From an uncultured delta proteobacterium (lineage in GTDB: Bacteria > Desulfobacterota > Desulfobaccia > Desulfobaccales > 0-14-0-80-60-11), in the NCBI GenBank assembly GCA_963812015.1, contig CAWETI010000003.1, forward strand, positions 2,080,001 through 2,144,000: a stretch of DNA of 64,000 bases, given 5' to 3'. The translations under genes and the position numbers were made by a program. The notes under the pieces were generated by a model that was not told the DNA's origin, made no database searches, and saw only the letters and a list, made by a program, of their open reading frames with translations. Numbering within the stretch: position 1 is the first letter of the stretch; each line of letters opens with the position of its first letter. Shown here one piece after another: positions 49,286 to 60,200 of the stretch.

Positions 49286-49977
49286 GCCAGCCTCCCCGCC
49301 TGGCGGGCAGCCTTGAACAGTTCCGCATCCGGGAGAGCGATCTCCCCGGTCCCGGCGGCGCCGTCCAGATGGGCCAGGAGCAGCTGCTCCAGAAACCGGG
49401 AACGCTCCTGGACCACGTGCAGGCGACGGTGGAAAAAGTTGTACATCACCACCGCGGGGATGGCCACCAGCAGGCCAATGGCGGTGGCCACCAGGGCTTC
49501 GGCGATGCCGGCCATGACTGCGGGGCCTCCGCCCCCCTCGGTCAGGGCCAGGTCCTTGAAGGCATGCATGATGCCCAGGACGGTGCCGAACAAGCCGATG
49601 AAAGGGGCGTTGGCTCCCAGGGTGCCCAGAAAGCTCAAGCGCCGCCCCAGGAAGAGGCCGACTCGGAGCCGCTCGCCTTCCATGAGGTCCTGGACCGCGC
49701 TCTTGCCCCGGGGAATCTCTTTGAGGCCCGCCAACAGCACCCGGGCTTCCAAACCGGATTCGGCCTCGCAGCGGGAAACGACCTGAGGCCAGTCGCCTTG
49801 TTTGAGAGCGGGTTCGATCTCGGCCACAAAGCGGTCCGGGTCAAAGCGACAGCGGTAAAAGGTTAGGGCCTTGTCGATCATGATCGCCACGGAAGCGACG
49901 CTCAAGCCCAGGAGCAGCCACAGCACCCAGGCGCTGCCGCCCAGAGCCATATTGAGCAGGGCCTTGGTTATATCCAT
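49282..49977 (-). CDS. exbB: MotA/TolQ/ExbB proton channel protein
   Basis: APFIGLFGTVLGIM and GIAEALVATAIGLLVAIPAVV.YN; SD GGAGG before ATG 49977. Confidence 0.92.
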   Translation of the reverse strand: MDITKALLNMALGGSAWVLWLLLGLSVASVAIMIDKALTFYRCRFDPDRFVAEIEPALKQGDWPQVVSRCEAESGLEARVLLAGLKEIPRGKSAVQDLMEGERLRVGLFLGRRLSFLGTLGANAPFIGLFGTVLGIMHAFKDLALTEGGGGPAVMAGIAEALVATAIGLLVAIPAVVMYNFFHRRLHVVQERSRFLEQLLLAHLDGAAGTGEIALPDAELFKAARQAGRLA

Positions 49978-49988
49978 GCATCCTCCCG

Positions 49989-50139
49989 AAAAAAAACAAG
50001 CCATGCGGCTGCGGTCCTTCCGGGCCGCGGTTGCCTTCATGGCTTGGATTTACGTTATTGAGCTGGTTAGTTCGATCTTCAGGGAGTTCAATCTCCCTGG
50101 ATGGCAGAAATTATAGTTCTCCTCGGCATCGGATGTCAA
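49989..50139 (-). promoter_or_regulatory. exbB promoter and attenuator-like leader (twin hairpins plus terminator)
   Basis: TTGACA-18-TATAAT; CAGGGAG-ATTGAA-CTCCCTG; 36 nt; GCC-ATGAA-GGC overlapping terminator CAAGCCATG...CATGGCTTG-T8. Confidence 0.7.
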
Positions 50140-50210
50140 CCAGAATCGTTTTTCAGGCTCCCCCGGTGCAAACGATGGCTTGCTTGATTTCCTCCCCTTT
50201 GGAATATTGC

Positions 50211-50356
50211 TTGACAGCAAATCCGGAAGGCGCTATATAAATTTGAAATTATCGGGGGGCATGAAGCCTCACCGTTTAGATTAGATTCCCAAAAAGCTTT
50301 TTAATGACCACGAAGGTCTGGCGGCAGAACGCCGCCCGATATTTGTGGTTTTTTTT
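50211..50356 (+). promoter_or_regulatory. TBDR operon promoter and attenuator-like leader (twin hairpins plus terminator)
   Basis: TTGACA-17-TATATA; GGGGC-ATGAA-GCCTC; 35 nt; GACC-ACGAA-GGTC overlapping terminator ACCACGAA...GGCGGC/GCCGCC...TTTGTGGT plus T run. Confidence 0.7.
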
Positions 50357-50561
50357 CGCCCGGTTTAGCCGGAGGTATTAAGGGCCAGCCGGGAGAGATG
50401 TTAACCAAAAGTAAGTAGGTAGGAATAGGAAGGGGGGGCGGCACCCCGGCAAGAGTCCCAGCCCCCCCTTCAGACCAATCCTCATTGCGGCAAGATCGGC
50501 CCGGTTTCTTTCTACCAGAACCAGGGCCGAGACGCAAACCGAAAGCGGAAGGAGAATAAAA

Positions 50562-52937
50562 ATGCGTCGATGGCTCTGGTGCGCAGCGATTTGTGGATTC
50601 TCGTGCTTATTGATCCTGGGATTACAGTCGCAAGCGCGGGCTCAAGAAGTGGAAGAAAAGGTCAAGGTCTTGGCCCCGGAAGAGGGCCAGAAGGGGGAAC
50701 CCCCGGCTACCGTCCAGACTGAAGGCCAAAAAGCGGAAACTCCGACTCCCGCCCCGGCTCCCAAGGAAAAAGCGGAGGCCCTGGAGAAGATCGTGGTGAC
50801 GGCCACCAGGACCGAGAGGAATCCGGACGACGTCCCGGCCAGCATTACGATCATCACCAAAGATGACATTAAGAAACAGAACATCCAGACGGTGGACGAG
50901 GCCCTGGCCCAGGTCCCCGGGGCCTTCGACCGCCGGGGCAAGGGCTGGCAAGACACCCTGGCTAACGTGAATCTCCGGGGCTTCCCGGGCGATAACCAGA
51001 AACGCACCCTGATCCTCTTGGACGGCCAGAATATCTCCACCGCTTACACCAACAACGTGGTCTGGAACAGCATGCCGGTGGAAAATATCGAGCGCATCGA
51101 AGTGATCCGGGGGCCGTTTTCCGCCCTCTACGGCGGCAGCGCCATGGGCGGGGTCATCAATATCATCACCAAGACCCCCCAGAAACTGGAAATGCTGGCC
51201 CAGGGCAGTTACGGCACCTATGATGCCTGGACCTCTTACCTGGGGGCGGGGGACCGCCTGTGGGATAAAGTGAGCATCCAGGTAGGGTTCAATTCTCGTA
51301 TCACCACCGGCTACCCCACCAGCCTGGTGCAAAAAACGACCGCCGCCTTAGCCACTACGACCAAAACCAATGTGGTGGGCTGGCAGCCTACCTTAACCAC
51401 CACCGGCACCCCCACGAACACCATCGGCAACACCGGCGATAATAACTGGAAGGATTACAGCTTCAACGGCAAAATCAGCTGGGATATCGCCCCGGGCCAT
51501 AAGGTCACCTTCAGCACCCTGCAGAGCTGGTACGACTATGGCTATGCCAGGTACAATTCCTACTTGAACAATTCAGCCACCGGCGCCAGGGTGACTAGTG
51601 GGACCGTGGGCTTGTTCGGCACCAATACGCAGTTCAGCAGTCTCACCCAAGGCGCCTTCTTGAGCGGCGATGGCCAGAATCAAACCCAGGTTTACAACCT
51701 GAATTCCGAACACAAGCTCACGGAGACCACCAAAGTCAAGGTCCATGCCGGCCTGGTGAACCAGCCGGACAACTGGTACACCACGCCCAGTTCCTCCAGC
51801 GCCCTGACGACGTTCGGCGGCGGCCCGGGGACCGTGTCCAGCACTCCCAGTCAGAATTGGGTGGGGGAGGTGCAGGTGGACCAGGCCATCGGACAGAAGC
51901 AGCAGTTGGTGGGCGGCCTCTCCTATAATGCCGGCTGGGCGCGCAACTCGCAATATAACCTGTACGACTGGCGGAGCCCTGGCTCGCATATAAACTTCAG
52001 CTCGCTGGGCGGCGGCCGGGACAGCAATATCGGGGCCTATCTTCAGGACGAAATCGCCTGGCATCCCAAGTTCAATACGGTGCTGGGGGTGCGGTTGGAT
52101 CGGTGGGAGACCTTTGGGGGCAGTTACATGAAAGCCACCGGCACTCCTATTGTGGACCTCCCCAGCCGGGACCAAACTGCGGTCAGCCCCAAGCTCGCCG
52201 CGCTCTACCGCCCCTGGGAGTGGATGACTTGGAAGGCCTCGGTGGGCCGCTCCTTCCGGGCCCCCAATATTTACGAACTCTACGTCACCTGGCAGTCCAG
52301 CACCGGCACCCTGTATAAGAGCAACCCCGATCTTAAACCCGAGACCGCCCTCTCCTGGGAGATCGGCACCACCCTGAAACCCTTTAAAGGGACCACGTTC
52401 ACCGCCACCTATTTTCAAAATTTCGTCAATGACTTGATTTACCGGACTACTGATCCTGCCGATCCAACGGGCAAGACCCAGAACTATTTTAATGCCGCCA
52501 AGGCCCAGATTCGAGGGGTGGAGATAGAAATTAACCAGAAGCTCTGGTCCTGGCTGGAAGTCTTCGGCAACACCACCCTGGTGGACCCCAGGATCAAGGA
52601 AAACCCCTATAATCCGATTTCGGTGGGCAAAAATCTCACCTATACCCCCCGGCAGCAATTCAACTTTGGGGTCACGGCTACATACTGGAAGGTCAAGGCC
52701 AACCTTTCAGGCCGCTATAACAGCCGACTGTCGACCCGGGACGACAACGGCGATTCTGTCTATGGGGTTTACGGCGCCTATGATCCCTTCTTCACCTTGG
52801 ACTCCAAAATAATCTTTAGCCCCGTGAAGTATGTGGACATGTCCTTTGCGGTAGATAACATGCTCAACCGGGAATACTACTACTATTACCGCACTCCCGG
52901 CCGGACCATCTGGACCATGCTGACGCTTAAATATTGA
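50562..52937 (+). CDS. TonB-dependent outer-membrane receptor
   Basis: Signal peptide, EKIVVTATRTE TonB box region, IERIEVIRGPFSALYGGSAMGGVINIITK plug, FRAPNIYELY, NPDLKPE and terminal aromatic residue. Confidence 0.95.
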   Translation: MRRWLWCAAICGFSCLLILGLQSQARAQEVEEKVKVLAPEEGQKGEPPATVQTEGQKAETPTPAPAPKEKAEALEKIVVTATRTERNPDDVPASITIITKDDIKKQNIQTVDEALAQVPGAFDRRGKGWQDTLANVNLRGFPGDNQKRTLILLDGQNISTAYTNNVVWNSMPVENIERIEVIRGPFSALYGGSAMGGVINIITKTPQKLEMLAQGSYGTYDAWTSYLGAGDRLWDKVSIQVGFNSRITTGYPTSLVQKTTAALATTTKTNVVGWQPTLTTTGTPTNTIGNTGDNNWKDYSFNGKISWDIAPGHKVTFSTLQSWYDYGYARYNSYLNNSATGARVTSGTVGLFGTNTQFSSLTQGAFLSGDGQNQTQVYNLNSEHKLTETTKVKVHAGLVNQPDNWYTTPSSSSALTTFGGGPGTVSSTPSQNWVGEVQVDQAIGQKQQLVGGLSYNAGWARNSQYNLYDWRSPGSHINFSSLGGGRDSNIGAYLQDEIAWHPKFNTVLGVRLDRWETFGGSYMKATGTPIVDLPSRDQTAVSPKLAALYRPWEWMTWKASVGRSFRAPNIYELYVTWQSSTGTLYKSNPDLKPETALSWEIGTTLKPFKGTTFTATYFQNFVNDLIYRTTDPADPTGKTQNYFNAAKAQIRGVEIEINQKLWSWLEVFGNTTLVDPRIKENPYNPISVGKNLTYTPRQQFNFGVTATYWKVKANLSGRYNSRLSTRDDNGDSVYGVYGAYDPFFTLDSKIIFSPVKYVDMSFAVDNMLNREYYYYYRTPGRTIWTMLTLKY

Positions 52938-52956
52938 TGGGGGCGGCACACGACTG

Positions 52957-53949
52957 ATGACTGGCAGAAACTTTATAATCTCCCGATGGGCCTGGGTGAT
53001 GGGCGGATTGGTGCTGCTCCTGGGCCTCAGCGGGACCATCCTGGGGACCTCCACCGAGAGGCCCGGCCCGGGGGGAGCCCCGGGGCAAAACCTCTCCCGG
53101 GAAGCCCACCGGGTGGTCCTCTTCGAATGTTACGAAACCGTTGCGGCCCTCCAGGCCTGGGATCGCGTCGTCGGGATTTCCCGCTATGCCTATGACAATG
53201 ACCTCCTGAAGCGGCTGCTGCCCCATCTCCGGCAGATTCCCTCGCCTGGCTCCGGCTTCGACGTCAACCTGGAGGCCTTGCTGGCCGTTAAGCCTGACCT
53301 GGTGGTGACCTGGACGCGCAAGCCGGAAACCCTTGAGCACCTGAAACGCCAGGGAATTCCGGTACTCACGTTTTATCCCGAAAGCCTGGTTGACCTGTAC
53401 CGGGAACTCCAGCAATTGGGCCAGGTGTTAGGCCAGGAGGCTCGGGCCCGGGAGGTAGCGGGCTCCATGGCCCGGAGCCTGGCCGCCCTGCAAGCGCGCC
53501 TGGCCGGGGTGCCGGAAGAATCCTGGCCCCGGGTGGCATGGCTGTGGGGCAAACCCACCACCATCAATGGGAACCGAGGAGTGATGGCCGAGTTGATCCG
53601 GATGGCCGGGGGCCGCAACGTGGGTGCGCATCTGGATAGTTTGAACCAGGAAATCTCCATGGAGACCATCATCGGGCTGTCTCCTCAAGTGCTGGCCATT
53701 TGGGGCTCGGCCTCCTATACCGCCCAGGACCTGCTCCGGGACCCCAAGTGGTCCTCCACCCCGGCAGTACAAAGCCAGCGGGTATTCAAGGCGGCCCGGG
53801 TCTCCACCTGGTCACCCCGGGCGGTGGTGCTGGCCTGGTGGCTGGGTCACTGCTTTCATCCCCAGGTGATTTCCGCGGTCGACTGGCGTCAGGCCGCCGA
53901 CGACATTTACCGGCAGTGTTTCGGGATTCCCTATGAGGAAGGCCCATGA
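52957..53949 (+). CDS. BtuF/FecB-type periplasmic binding protein
   Basis: DRVVGIS, NLEALLAVKPDLV, AGGRN, ISMETI and TPAVQSQRVF. Confidence 0.88.
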   Translation: MTGRNFIISRWAWVMGGLVLLLGLSGTILGTSTERPGPGGAPGQNLSREAHRVVLFECYETVAALQAWDRVVGISRYAYDNDLLKRLLPHLRQIPSPGSGFDVNLEALLAVKPDLVVTWTRKPETLEHLKRQGIPVLTFYPESLVDLYRELQQLGQVLGQEARAREVAGSMARSLAALQARLAGVPEESWPRVAWLWGKPTTINGNRGVMAELIRMAGGRNVGAHLDSLNQEISMETIIGLSPQVLAIWGSASYTAQDLLRDPKWSSTPAVQSQRVFKAARVSTWSPRAVVLAWWLGHCFHPQVISAVDWRQAADDIYRQCFGIPYEEGP

Positions 53950-54947
53950 GGAGTAACTCCTGGCTCTACTGGGGGTTGATCCTATCGCCCCTGCCAGTGT
54001 TTCTCCTGGCCCTTCAGGTGGGAGCGTATCCCGTCTCCTTGTCCGACCTGTGGCGCCTGCTGGCTCTAACCCCCAGCCAATCGCCTCTGCCGGAGCAGAT
54101 CCGGGCCATCATCGTGGACGTGCGGTTGCCCCGGATTGTCCTGGCCATGCTGGTGGGGCTGTCCCTGTCGGTCTCCGGCGCCACCTTGCAGGCGGTGTTC
54201 CGCAATCCTCTGGTGGACGCCTTCATCCTGGGCCTTTCCGCGGGCGCCGCCTTCGGTTGCGCCGTGACCGTAGCCTGGCTGCCCATGGTGCCCATCCAGG
54301 TAGGGGCCTTTGTCTGCGGTCTGGTTGCCGCGGTGCTGACCTTTACTATGGCTCGCATCCGGGGGGAAGTGCCGACCCTGTCGCTGATTCTGGCCGGCGT
54401 GGTGGTGTCCGCCTTTTTCACCGCCCTGGTCTCCATTATCAAGTTTCTGGTGGACCCCATGAAGCTGGCCAGCATTGTGTTCTGGCTCATGGGTAGCCTG
54501 GCCCTGGCGGACTGGCCTTCGGTTATCAAGGTCCTTCCCTGGATGGCGGCGGGGGTCGCCATTCCCTGGCTGGGGCGCTGGCGCCTTAATGCCCTGTCCA
54601 TGGGGGATGCTGAGGCCAAGGCCCTAGGAGTTGACGTGGCCCGGGAACGGGGTCTATTTATCCTGGCCGCCTCCGTAGCCGTAGCCGCGGCGGTGTCAGT
54701 GAGCGGCATCATCGGCTGGGTGGGACTGATGATCCCCCACATCGTGCGCATGGCGGTGGGGCCGGACCATCGCCGGGTGATACCTCTGTCCATGGCCGCC
54801 GGGGCCAGTTTCCTGGCCCTGTCCGATACCGTGGCCCGCTCTACGGCTTCGGGGGAAATCCCTGTGGGGATTATCACCACTTTGGCCGGCGCCCCCTTTT
54901 TCATCTACCTGATGAAAAAAGGCGGTCAGGATTCCTGGAAGGCATGA
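53946..54947 (+). CDS. FecCD/BtuC-type ABC permease
   Basis: VRLPRI, QAVFRNPLV, FWLMGSL, SGIIGWVGLMIPH and EIPVGIIT. Confidence 0.93.
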   Translation: MRSNSWLYWGLILSPLPVFLLALQVGAYPVSLSDLWRLLALTPSQSPLPEQIRAIIVDVRLPRIVLAMLVGLSLSVSGATLQAVFRNPLVDAFILGLSAGAAFGCAVTVAWLPMVPIQVGAFVCGLVAAVLTFTMARIRGEVPTLSLILAGVVVSAFFTALVSIIKFLVDPMKLASIVFWLMGSLALADWPSVIKVLPWMAAGVAIPWLGRWRLNALSMGDAEAKALGVDVARERGLFILAASVAVAAAVSVSGIIGWVGLMIPHIVRMAVGPDHRRVIPLSMAAGASFLALSDTVARSTASGEIPVGIITTLAGAPFFIYLMKKGGQDSWKA

Positions 54948-55711
54948 TCCGGGCCCGCGACCTCCATCTGCGTCTCAACGGGCGAGGCATCCTGAACGGC
55001 GTGAGCCTCGCGGCCCATCCCGGGGAGGTCACGGTGATCGTGGGGCCCAACGGCTCCGGCAAGACCACCCTGATGTTGTGCCTGAGCGGGCAGTTGACGC
55101 CGGACCGGGGGGCCATTACCCTGGCGGACCACAATCTTAATGGCCTCAAACGCCGTACCCTGGCCCGGATATTGGCCACCGTGCCCCAGGAGCACCATCC
55201 CGTATTTCCTTATGCGGTGCGGGAGGTGATCCTCCTGGGCCGGGTCGCCCGGGTGGGTTATTGGTCGCAACCCGGACCCCGAGATCTGGCGGTGGTGGAG
55301 GAAGTTCTCAATCTGCTGCATCTTCAGCTCCTGGCGGACAAGCCCTATACTCACATCAGCGGCGGGGAGCGGCAACTGGTGCTCATCGGTCGGGCGTTAG
55401 CCCAGGAGCCGCAAATCCTCCTGTTGGACGAACCCACTAGCCACCTGGATTTTAAAAACCAGGTGCTGATCCTGAAGCTGATCCGGGAGTTGGCTAAAAA
55501 CCAGGGACTGACGGTGCTGCTCACCCTGCACGACCCCAACCTGGCGCTGCTCTTTGCCGACCGTGTGGCTCTCCTGGATGAGGGGCGGGTGGTGGCTGAG
55601 GGGACTCCCGTCGAGGTCATACACCCTGAGGCAATGGCCTCGCTCTACGGCATCCCGGTGGAAATGCTGGCCCAGGGAGATAAACGACTGCTGTACCCCA
55701 AACTGACATGA
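54944..55711 (+). CDS. FecE/BtuD-type ABC ATPase
   Basis: GPNGSGKTT, SGGERQ, LLLDEPTSHLD and LHDPNLA. Confidence 0.93.
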   Translation: MIRARDLHLRLNGRGILNGVSLAAHPGEVTVIVGPNGSGKTTLMLCLSGQLTPDRGAITLADHNLNGLKRRTLARILATVPQEHHPVFPYAVREVILLGRVARVGYWSQPGPRDLAVVEEVLNLLHLQLLADKPYTHISGGERQLVLIGRALAQEPQILLLDEPTSHLDFKNQVLILKLIRELAKNQGLTVLLTLHDPNLALLFADRVALLDEGRVVAEGTPVEVIHPEAMASLYGIPVEMLAQGDKRLLYPKLT

Positions 55712-56541
55712 TCGCCATTTCGAACCTGACCAAGTATTACAGGAGTATCCTGGCCCTGGAAGATCTGACCCTGGAGATCGGGGCGGGGGAAGTCTTCGGG
55801 CTACTGGGTCCCAACGGCGCGGGCAAGACCACCACCATCAAGATCCTCACCGCCCTGGCCTTTCCTACCCGGGGGACCGCCCGGATCGCCGGCTTCGACG
55901 TGGTCAGGGAGCGCCCCCAGCTGAAACCCCTCATCGCCGTTTGCCCTCAAGAGATCAACCTGGACCGGGAACTCACCGCGTTTGAAAACCTCTGGTTTTA
56001 TGGCCGTCTGTTTAAGGTTCCGGAGATCTCCCGCCGCATTATGGAACTCTTGGAATGGGCCCAGTTGGAACAGCGGGCCTATGACCGGGTTAAAGGTTTT
56101 TCCGGCGGCATGCAGCGGCGTTTGTTGATTGCCCGGGCGCTCATGTCCCGCCCCCGGGTGCTCTTCCTGGATGAGCCCACCGTGGGCCTGGACCCCCAGA
56201 TTCGGCGGCAACTGTGGGACATGATCCGGCAACTTCAGGGCGAAGGGATAACGATTCTCCTGACCACCCACTACATCGAGGAAGCCGAATCGCTCTGCGG
56301 CCGGGTAGGCGTCCTTAATAAGGGCCGTCTTATCGCCCTGGATTCCCCCCAAAACCTCACCGCCGGGGTGGGCGGCTATGTGGTGGAATCCGTGAACGGC
56401 GCTCGGCGGTCCTATACCTTAGTGAAAGACCGGGAAGCTGCCTACGCCAGGGCTCAAGAGGAGACCGCGGGCGTGCTTATCCGCCAGGCCAACCTGGAGG
56501 ATGTCTTTATTCAGCTTACGGGGGAGCGCCTGAGCCAATGA
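55708..56541 (+). CDS. ABC-2 (DrrA/NodI-like) exporter ATPase
   Basis: [38 protein letters not shown] and [10 protein letters not shown]. Confidence 0.92.
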   Translation: MIAISNLTKYYRSILALEDLTLEIGAGEVFGLLGPNGAGKTTTIKILTALAFPTRGTARIAGFDVVRERPQLKPLIAVCPQEINLDRELTAFENLWFYGRLFKVPEISRRIMELLEWAQLEQRAYDRVKGFSGGMQRRLLIARALMSRPRVLFLDEPTVGLDPQIRRQLWDMIRQLQGEGITILLTTHYIEEAESLCGRVGVLNKGRLIALDSPQNLTAGVGGYVVESVNGARRSYTLVKDREAAYARAQEETAGVLIRQANLEDVFIQLTGERLSQ

Positions 56542-57284
56542 CCATGAACTGGGCCACCATCTTTTTAAAGGACATGCTCCTGTTTCAGCGGCGGCTGCTC
56601 CGGCTGGGGTATGTGATGTCCACGCTGTTTGCCCCCCTGCTCTATCTGGTGGCCTTCGGTCTGGGGTTGGGCAAGCAGGTGGCCATGCGCAGCGGGGTAA
56701 CCTATCTGGATTTTCTCCTGCCCGGGTTAGTGGCTATGAGTTCCATGACCAACTCCTATACCTGGGTGGCTAACAGCCTGAACATGGGCCGCCTCTACTT
56801 CCGCACCTTTCAGATTTATCTGCAGGCGCCGGTGTCTCCCTGGGAGATCGTCGCCGGCCAGACCCTGGCCGGCATGGTTCGGGGCCTGTTTGCCGCCTCG
56901 GTGATCCTGGGCCTGGGATTGGTCCTGGGGACCCATTTGCATTTCACCCTGTTCTTTGTGCTGGGGCTGCTGCTTAACGGCCTGGTTTTCGCCGCCTTCG
57001 GGGTGGTGGTGGGTCTCAAATCCAAATCCCATGAGGATACCGCCACTTTCACCAATTTTTTCATACTCCCCATGGCTTTTTTCTGCGGCACCTTTTTCCC
57101 TGTGGACTCCATGCCCTGGTGGGCCCAGAAGATCATCTATCTGCTGCCCTTGACCCATACCAACCAGTTGCTGCGGTCGCCTGTCTGGGGTTCGGAAACT
57201 ATGGTTTCTCTGGTCTTGTTGGGTGCAGCCGCCGGTTTCTGCATAGCCCTATCCATCCTGTTCATCCGGAGGTACAGCGAATGA
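56538..57284 (+). CDS. ABC-2 type exporter permease
   Basis: YLDFLLPGL, PMAFFCGTFFP...P.W and LPLTH. Confidence 0.9.
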   Translation: MTMNWATIFLKDMLLFQRRLLRLGYVMSTLFAPLLYLVAFGLGLGKQVAMRSGVTYLDFLLPGLVAMSSMTNSYTWVANSLNMGRLYFRTFQIYLQAPVSPWEIVAGQTLAGMVRGLFAASVILGLGLVLGTHLHFTLFFVLGLLLNGLVFAAFGVVVGLKSKSHEDTATFTNFFILPMAFFCGTFFPVDSMPWWAQKIIYLLPLTHTNQLLRSPVWGSETMVSLVLLGAAAGFCIALSILFIRRYSE

Positions 57285-60200
57285 CGGATTCGCTCATTAA
57301 AGGCGTGGCCATAATGTGGAACGCTTATGTGCCCACTCTGGTCAGCGCAGCCCGGGAATTTCCCTGGATAGATCTGAAGGTCTATTCCCACCGCCTGGTG
57401 GGGGAAAACCCGGAAGTCCTGGACCGGGCCTTGCAAGATATGGAGTCCGCCCAATTTATCCTGCTTTATCGCACTCCTGACGCCTTCTGGGAGAGCGTGG
57501 ACCAGCGACTCAAGCAACTGGCGGACCACGTTCCCCTCATCTCCACCGGCGGTGACCCTTCCCTGTGGACCCTGTCGTCGGTGAATCTTGAGATCGCCGC
57601 CAATGCCTCTAATTACATTATCCGTAACGGCCTGGAGAACTTCCGGCGCCTGCTGGCCTATCTCGGCAAAGAGGTCCTGGGCCGGGAACTGGAGGTTCTG
57701 CCGCCCCAGGAGCTTCCCTGGGAAGGGTTCTATCACCCCCGGGCCCAGGGACATTTTGAGCGTCTGGAAGATTACCTGGCCTGGTACCGGGACCAGGGCT
57801 GGTCCCAAGAGCCCCTGGTGGGGATGATGTTCTCCCGGGGGGATTGGGTCACCCCCAACCTGGAACTGGAAGATTATCTCATCCAAGCCTTGGAGGCTCG
57901 GGGTCTGGGGGTGATCCCGGTGTTCTACTATTCCTTCAAAGACGAGAATCTGGGAAACCGGAGCGGCGAAGAGATCATCCGGGATTATTTCCTGAACCAC
58001 GAGGGCCGCCCCCGGATCGCGGCGCTCATCAAGCTCACTGCCTTTCTCCTGGCCAGCCGGCGGGGCACCGGCCGCGACCCGTCCACGGCCCGCCCTGGCC
58101 AGGCATTATTGGCGCAACTCGACGTGCCGGTGATCCAACCCCTCACCTCGTATTACAAGACCACGGCCCAATGGGAGGCAGACCCCCAGGGGCTGGGGGC
58201 CGAAGTGGGCTGGAGCCTGGCCCTGCCGGAATTCGAGGGGGTCATCGAGCCATTGATGGTGGCCGCAGGGCTCTCCCACGAGGAATTGGGGGCCGAACTC
58301 ATCGCCGGTCGGGGACCCATCCCTAACCGGGCGGATCACCTGGCGGAACGGTTGGCGCGCTGGGTCCGCCTGCGGCAGAAAACCTCGACGGCACGCAAGG
58401 TGGCCATCATCCTGCACAACAACCCTTGCGCCTCGGTGGAGGCCTCGGTGGGGGCCGGGGCCCACCTGGACACTTTGGAAAGCACGGCTCGAATCCTCCA
58501 GACCCTGAAGCGGGCGGGATATGCCATTGAGAATCCCCCCGCGGACGGCAAAGAACTCATCGACACCATCATGGGCCGAAAGGCCATCAGCGAGTTCCGT
58601 TGGACCACGGTGGAGGAAATCATCAGCAAGGGGGGCCACCTGGCCCTGGTGCCGGAAGCTGACTACCGCGCCTGGTTCGGCCTCCTTCCGTCCACCCTGC
58701 AGGCGCGCCTCATCGAAGCCTGGGGCGAGCCCCCCGGCCAGGCCCAAAACGGCATCCCCGCGGCGATGGTCCACCAGGGACAGATCGTGGTCACCGGCGT
58801 GCTTTTTGGGAACGCGGTGGTCTGCGTCCAGCCCAAGCGGGGCTGCGCCGGGGCGCGGTGTGACGGCCGGGTTTGCAAAATCCTCCACGACCCGGATGTG
58901 CCGCCGCCCCACCAATATCTGGCCACTTACCATTATCTGGATAAAGGGTTCGGCGCTGATGTGGTCCTGCACGTGGGCACCCACGGCAACCTGGAGTTTC
59001 TGCCGGGAAAGACCGTGGGGCTGTCCGGGGGTTGCTGCCCCGACGCCGTCCTGGGTCATCTGCCCCATCTTTATATCTACAACGCCGACAACCCGCCGGA
59101 AGGCACCATGGCCAAGCGCCGCAGCTACGGGGTCCTGGTGGACCATATGCAGACGGTGATGACCTCCTCCGGCCTCTATGATGAACTGGGCGAGTTGGAC
59201 CGGCTGCTGGGAGAATACGAGCGTTTGAAGGACTTGGAACCGGGCCGGGCTCACCTGGTGGAGCACCTGATCCTGGAGACCCTGGAGAAGAGCCGCCTCA
59301 ACCAGCAATTGTCCCTGACCCCGGAGATTTCTTTCGATGAGACGGTGCGCCGCATTCATGAGAGCCTGTCGGTGCTGCGCAACACCGCTCTCCCCGATGG
59401 CATGCACATCTTCGGGGAATTGCCCCAGGGGGAACGGCGGGCTGATTTTCTCCACGCCATCCTGCGCTTTCCCGGCGGAGGCCCCTCCTGGCGGCGACTC
59501 CTGGCCCGGTTGCTGAAGCTCAATCTGGAAGACGACGAATCGGGACGGGCCGCGGAGGCCGTGGACCAGGCCGGGCGTACTCTTATCAGCCGTTGGCTGG
59601 CGGCCCCGGAGCAGAACCTTACGTCCTTGATCCGGGAAATCGCTCCGGAAGCGGACCTGGATGCCCTCGAAAGCGACCTGGCCTTCTTCGATACCCGGCT
59701 CCAGGACCTGGTGGACCGGCTGGAGGCTTCCCGGGAGATGGAGGCGCTGCTCCGGGGGTTCGCCGGCGGCTATATCCCCCCCGGACCCTCCGGCCTCATC
59801 ACCCGGGGCCGGGACGACGTCCTGCCCACGGGCCGGAATTTTTACACCCTGGACCCCCAGCGGGTGCCCAGCCGCACCGCCTGGGAGGTGGGGCAGCGCC
59901 TGGGCCAAGCCCTCCTGGACAAATACTTCACCGAAACCGGGGAGTTTCCGGAAAACGTCGCCCTCTTCTGGATGGCCAACGACATCATGTGGGCCGACGG
60001 CGAAGGCATGGCCCAGATTATGTACCTGTTGGGGGTGAAACCCCGCTGGCTAAGCAACGGCCGGGTCCAGGGGTTCGATATCATTCCCTTAAGTGAACTC
60101 AACCGCCCCCGCATCGACGTGACGGTAAGGGTGTCGGGTATCACCCGGGACAATTTCCCCAACTGCGTGGAGTTACTGGATGAAGCCATCCAGGCGGTGG

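Noticed and set aside
57119..57280. 54-codon N-terminal extension of CobN in the ORF track
   Set aside because: Lies inside the permease gene; ATG 57281 overlapping the permease stop matches the coupling pattern of the operon.
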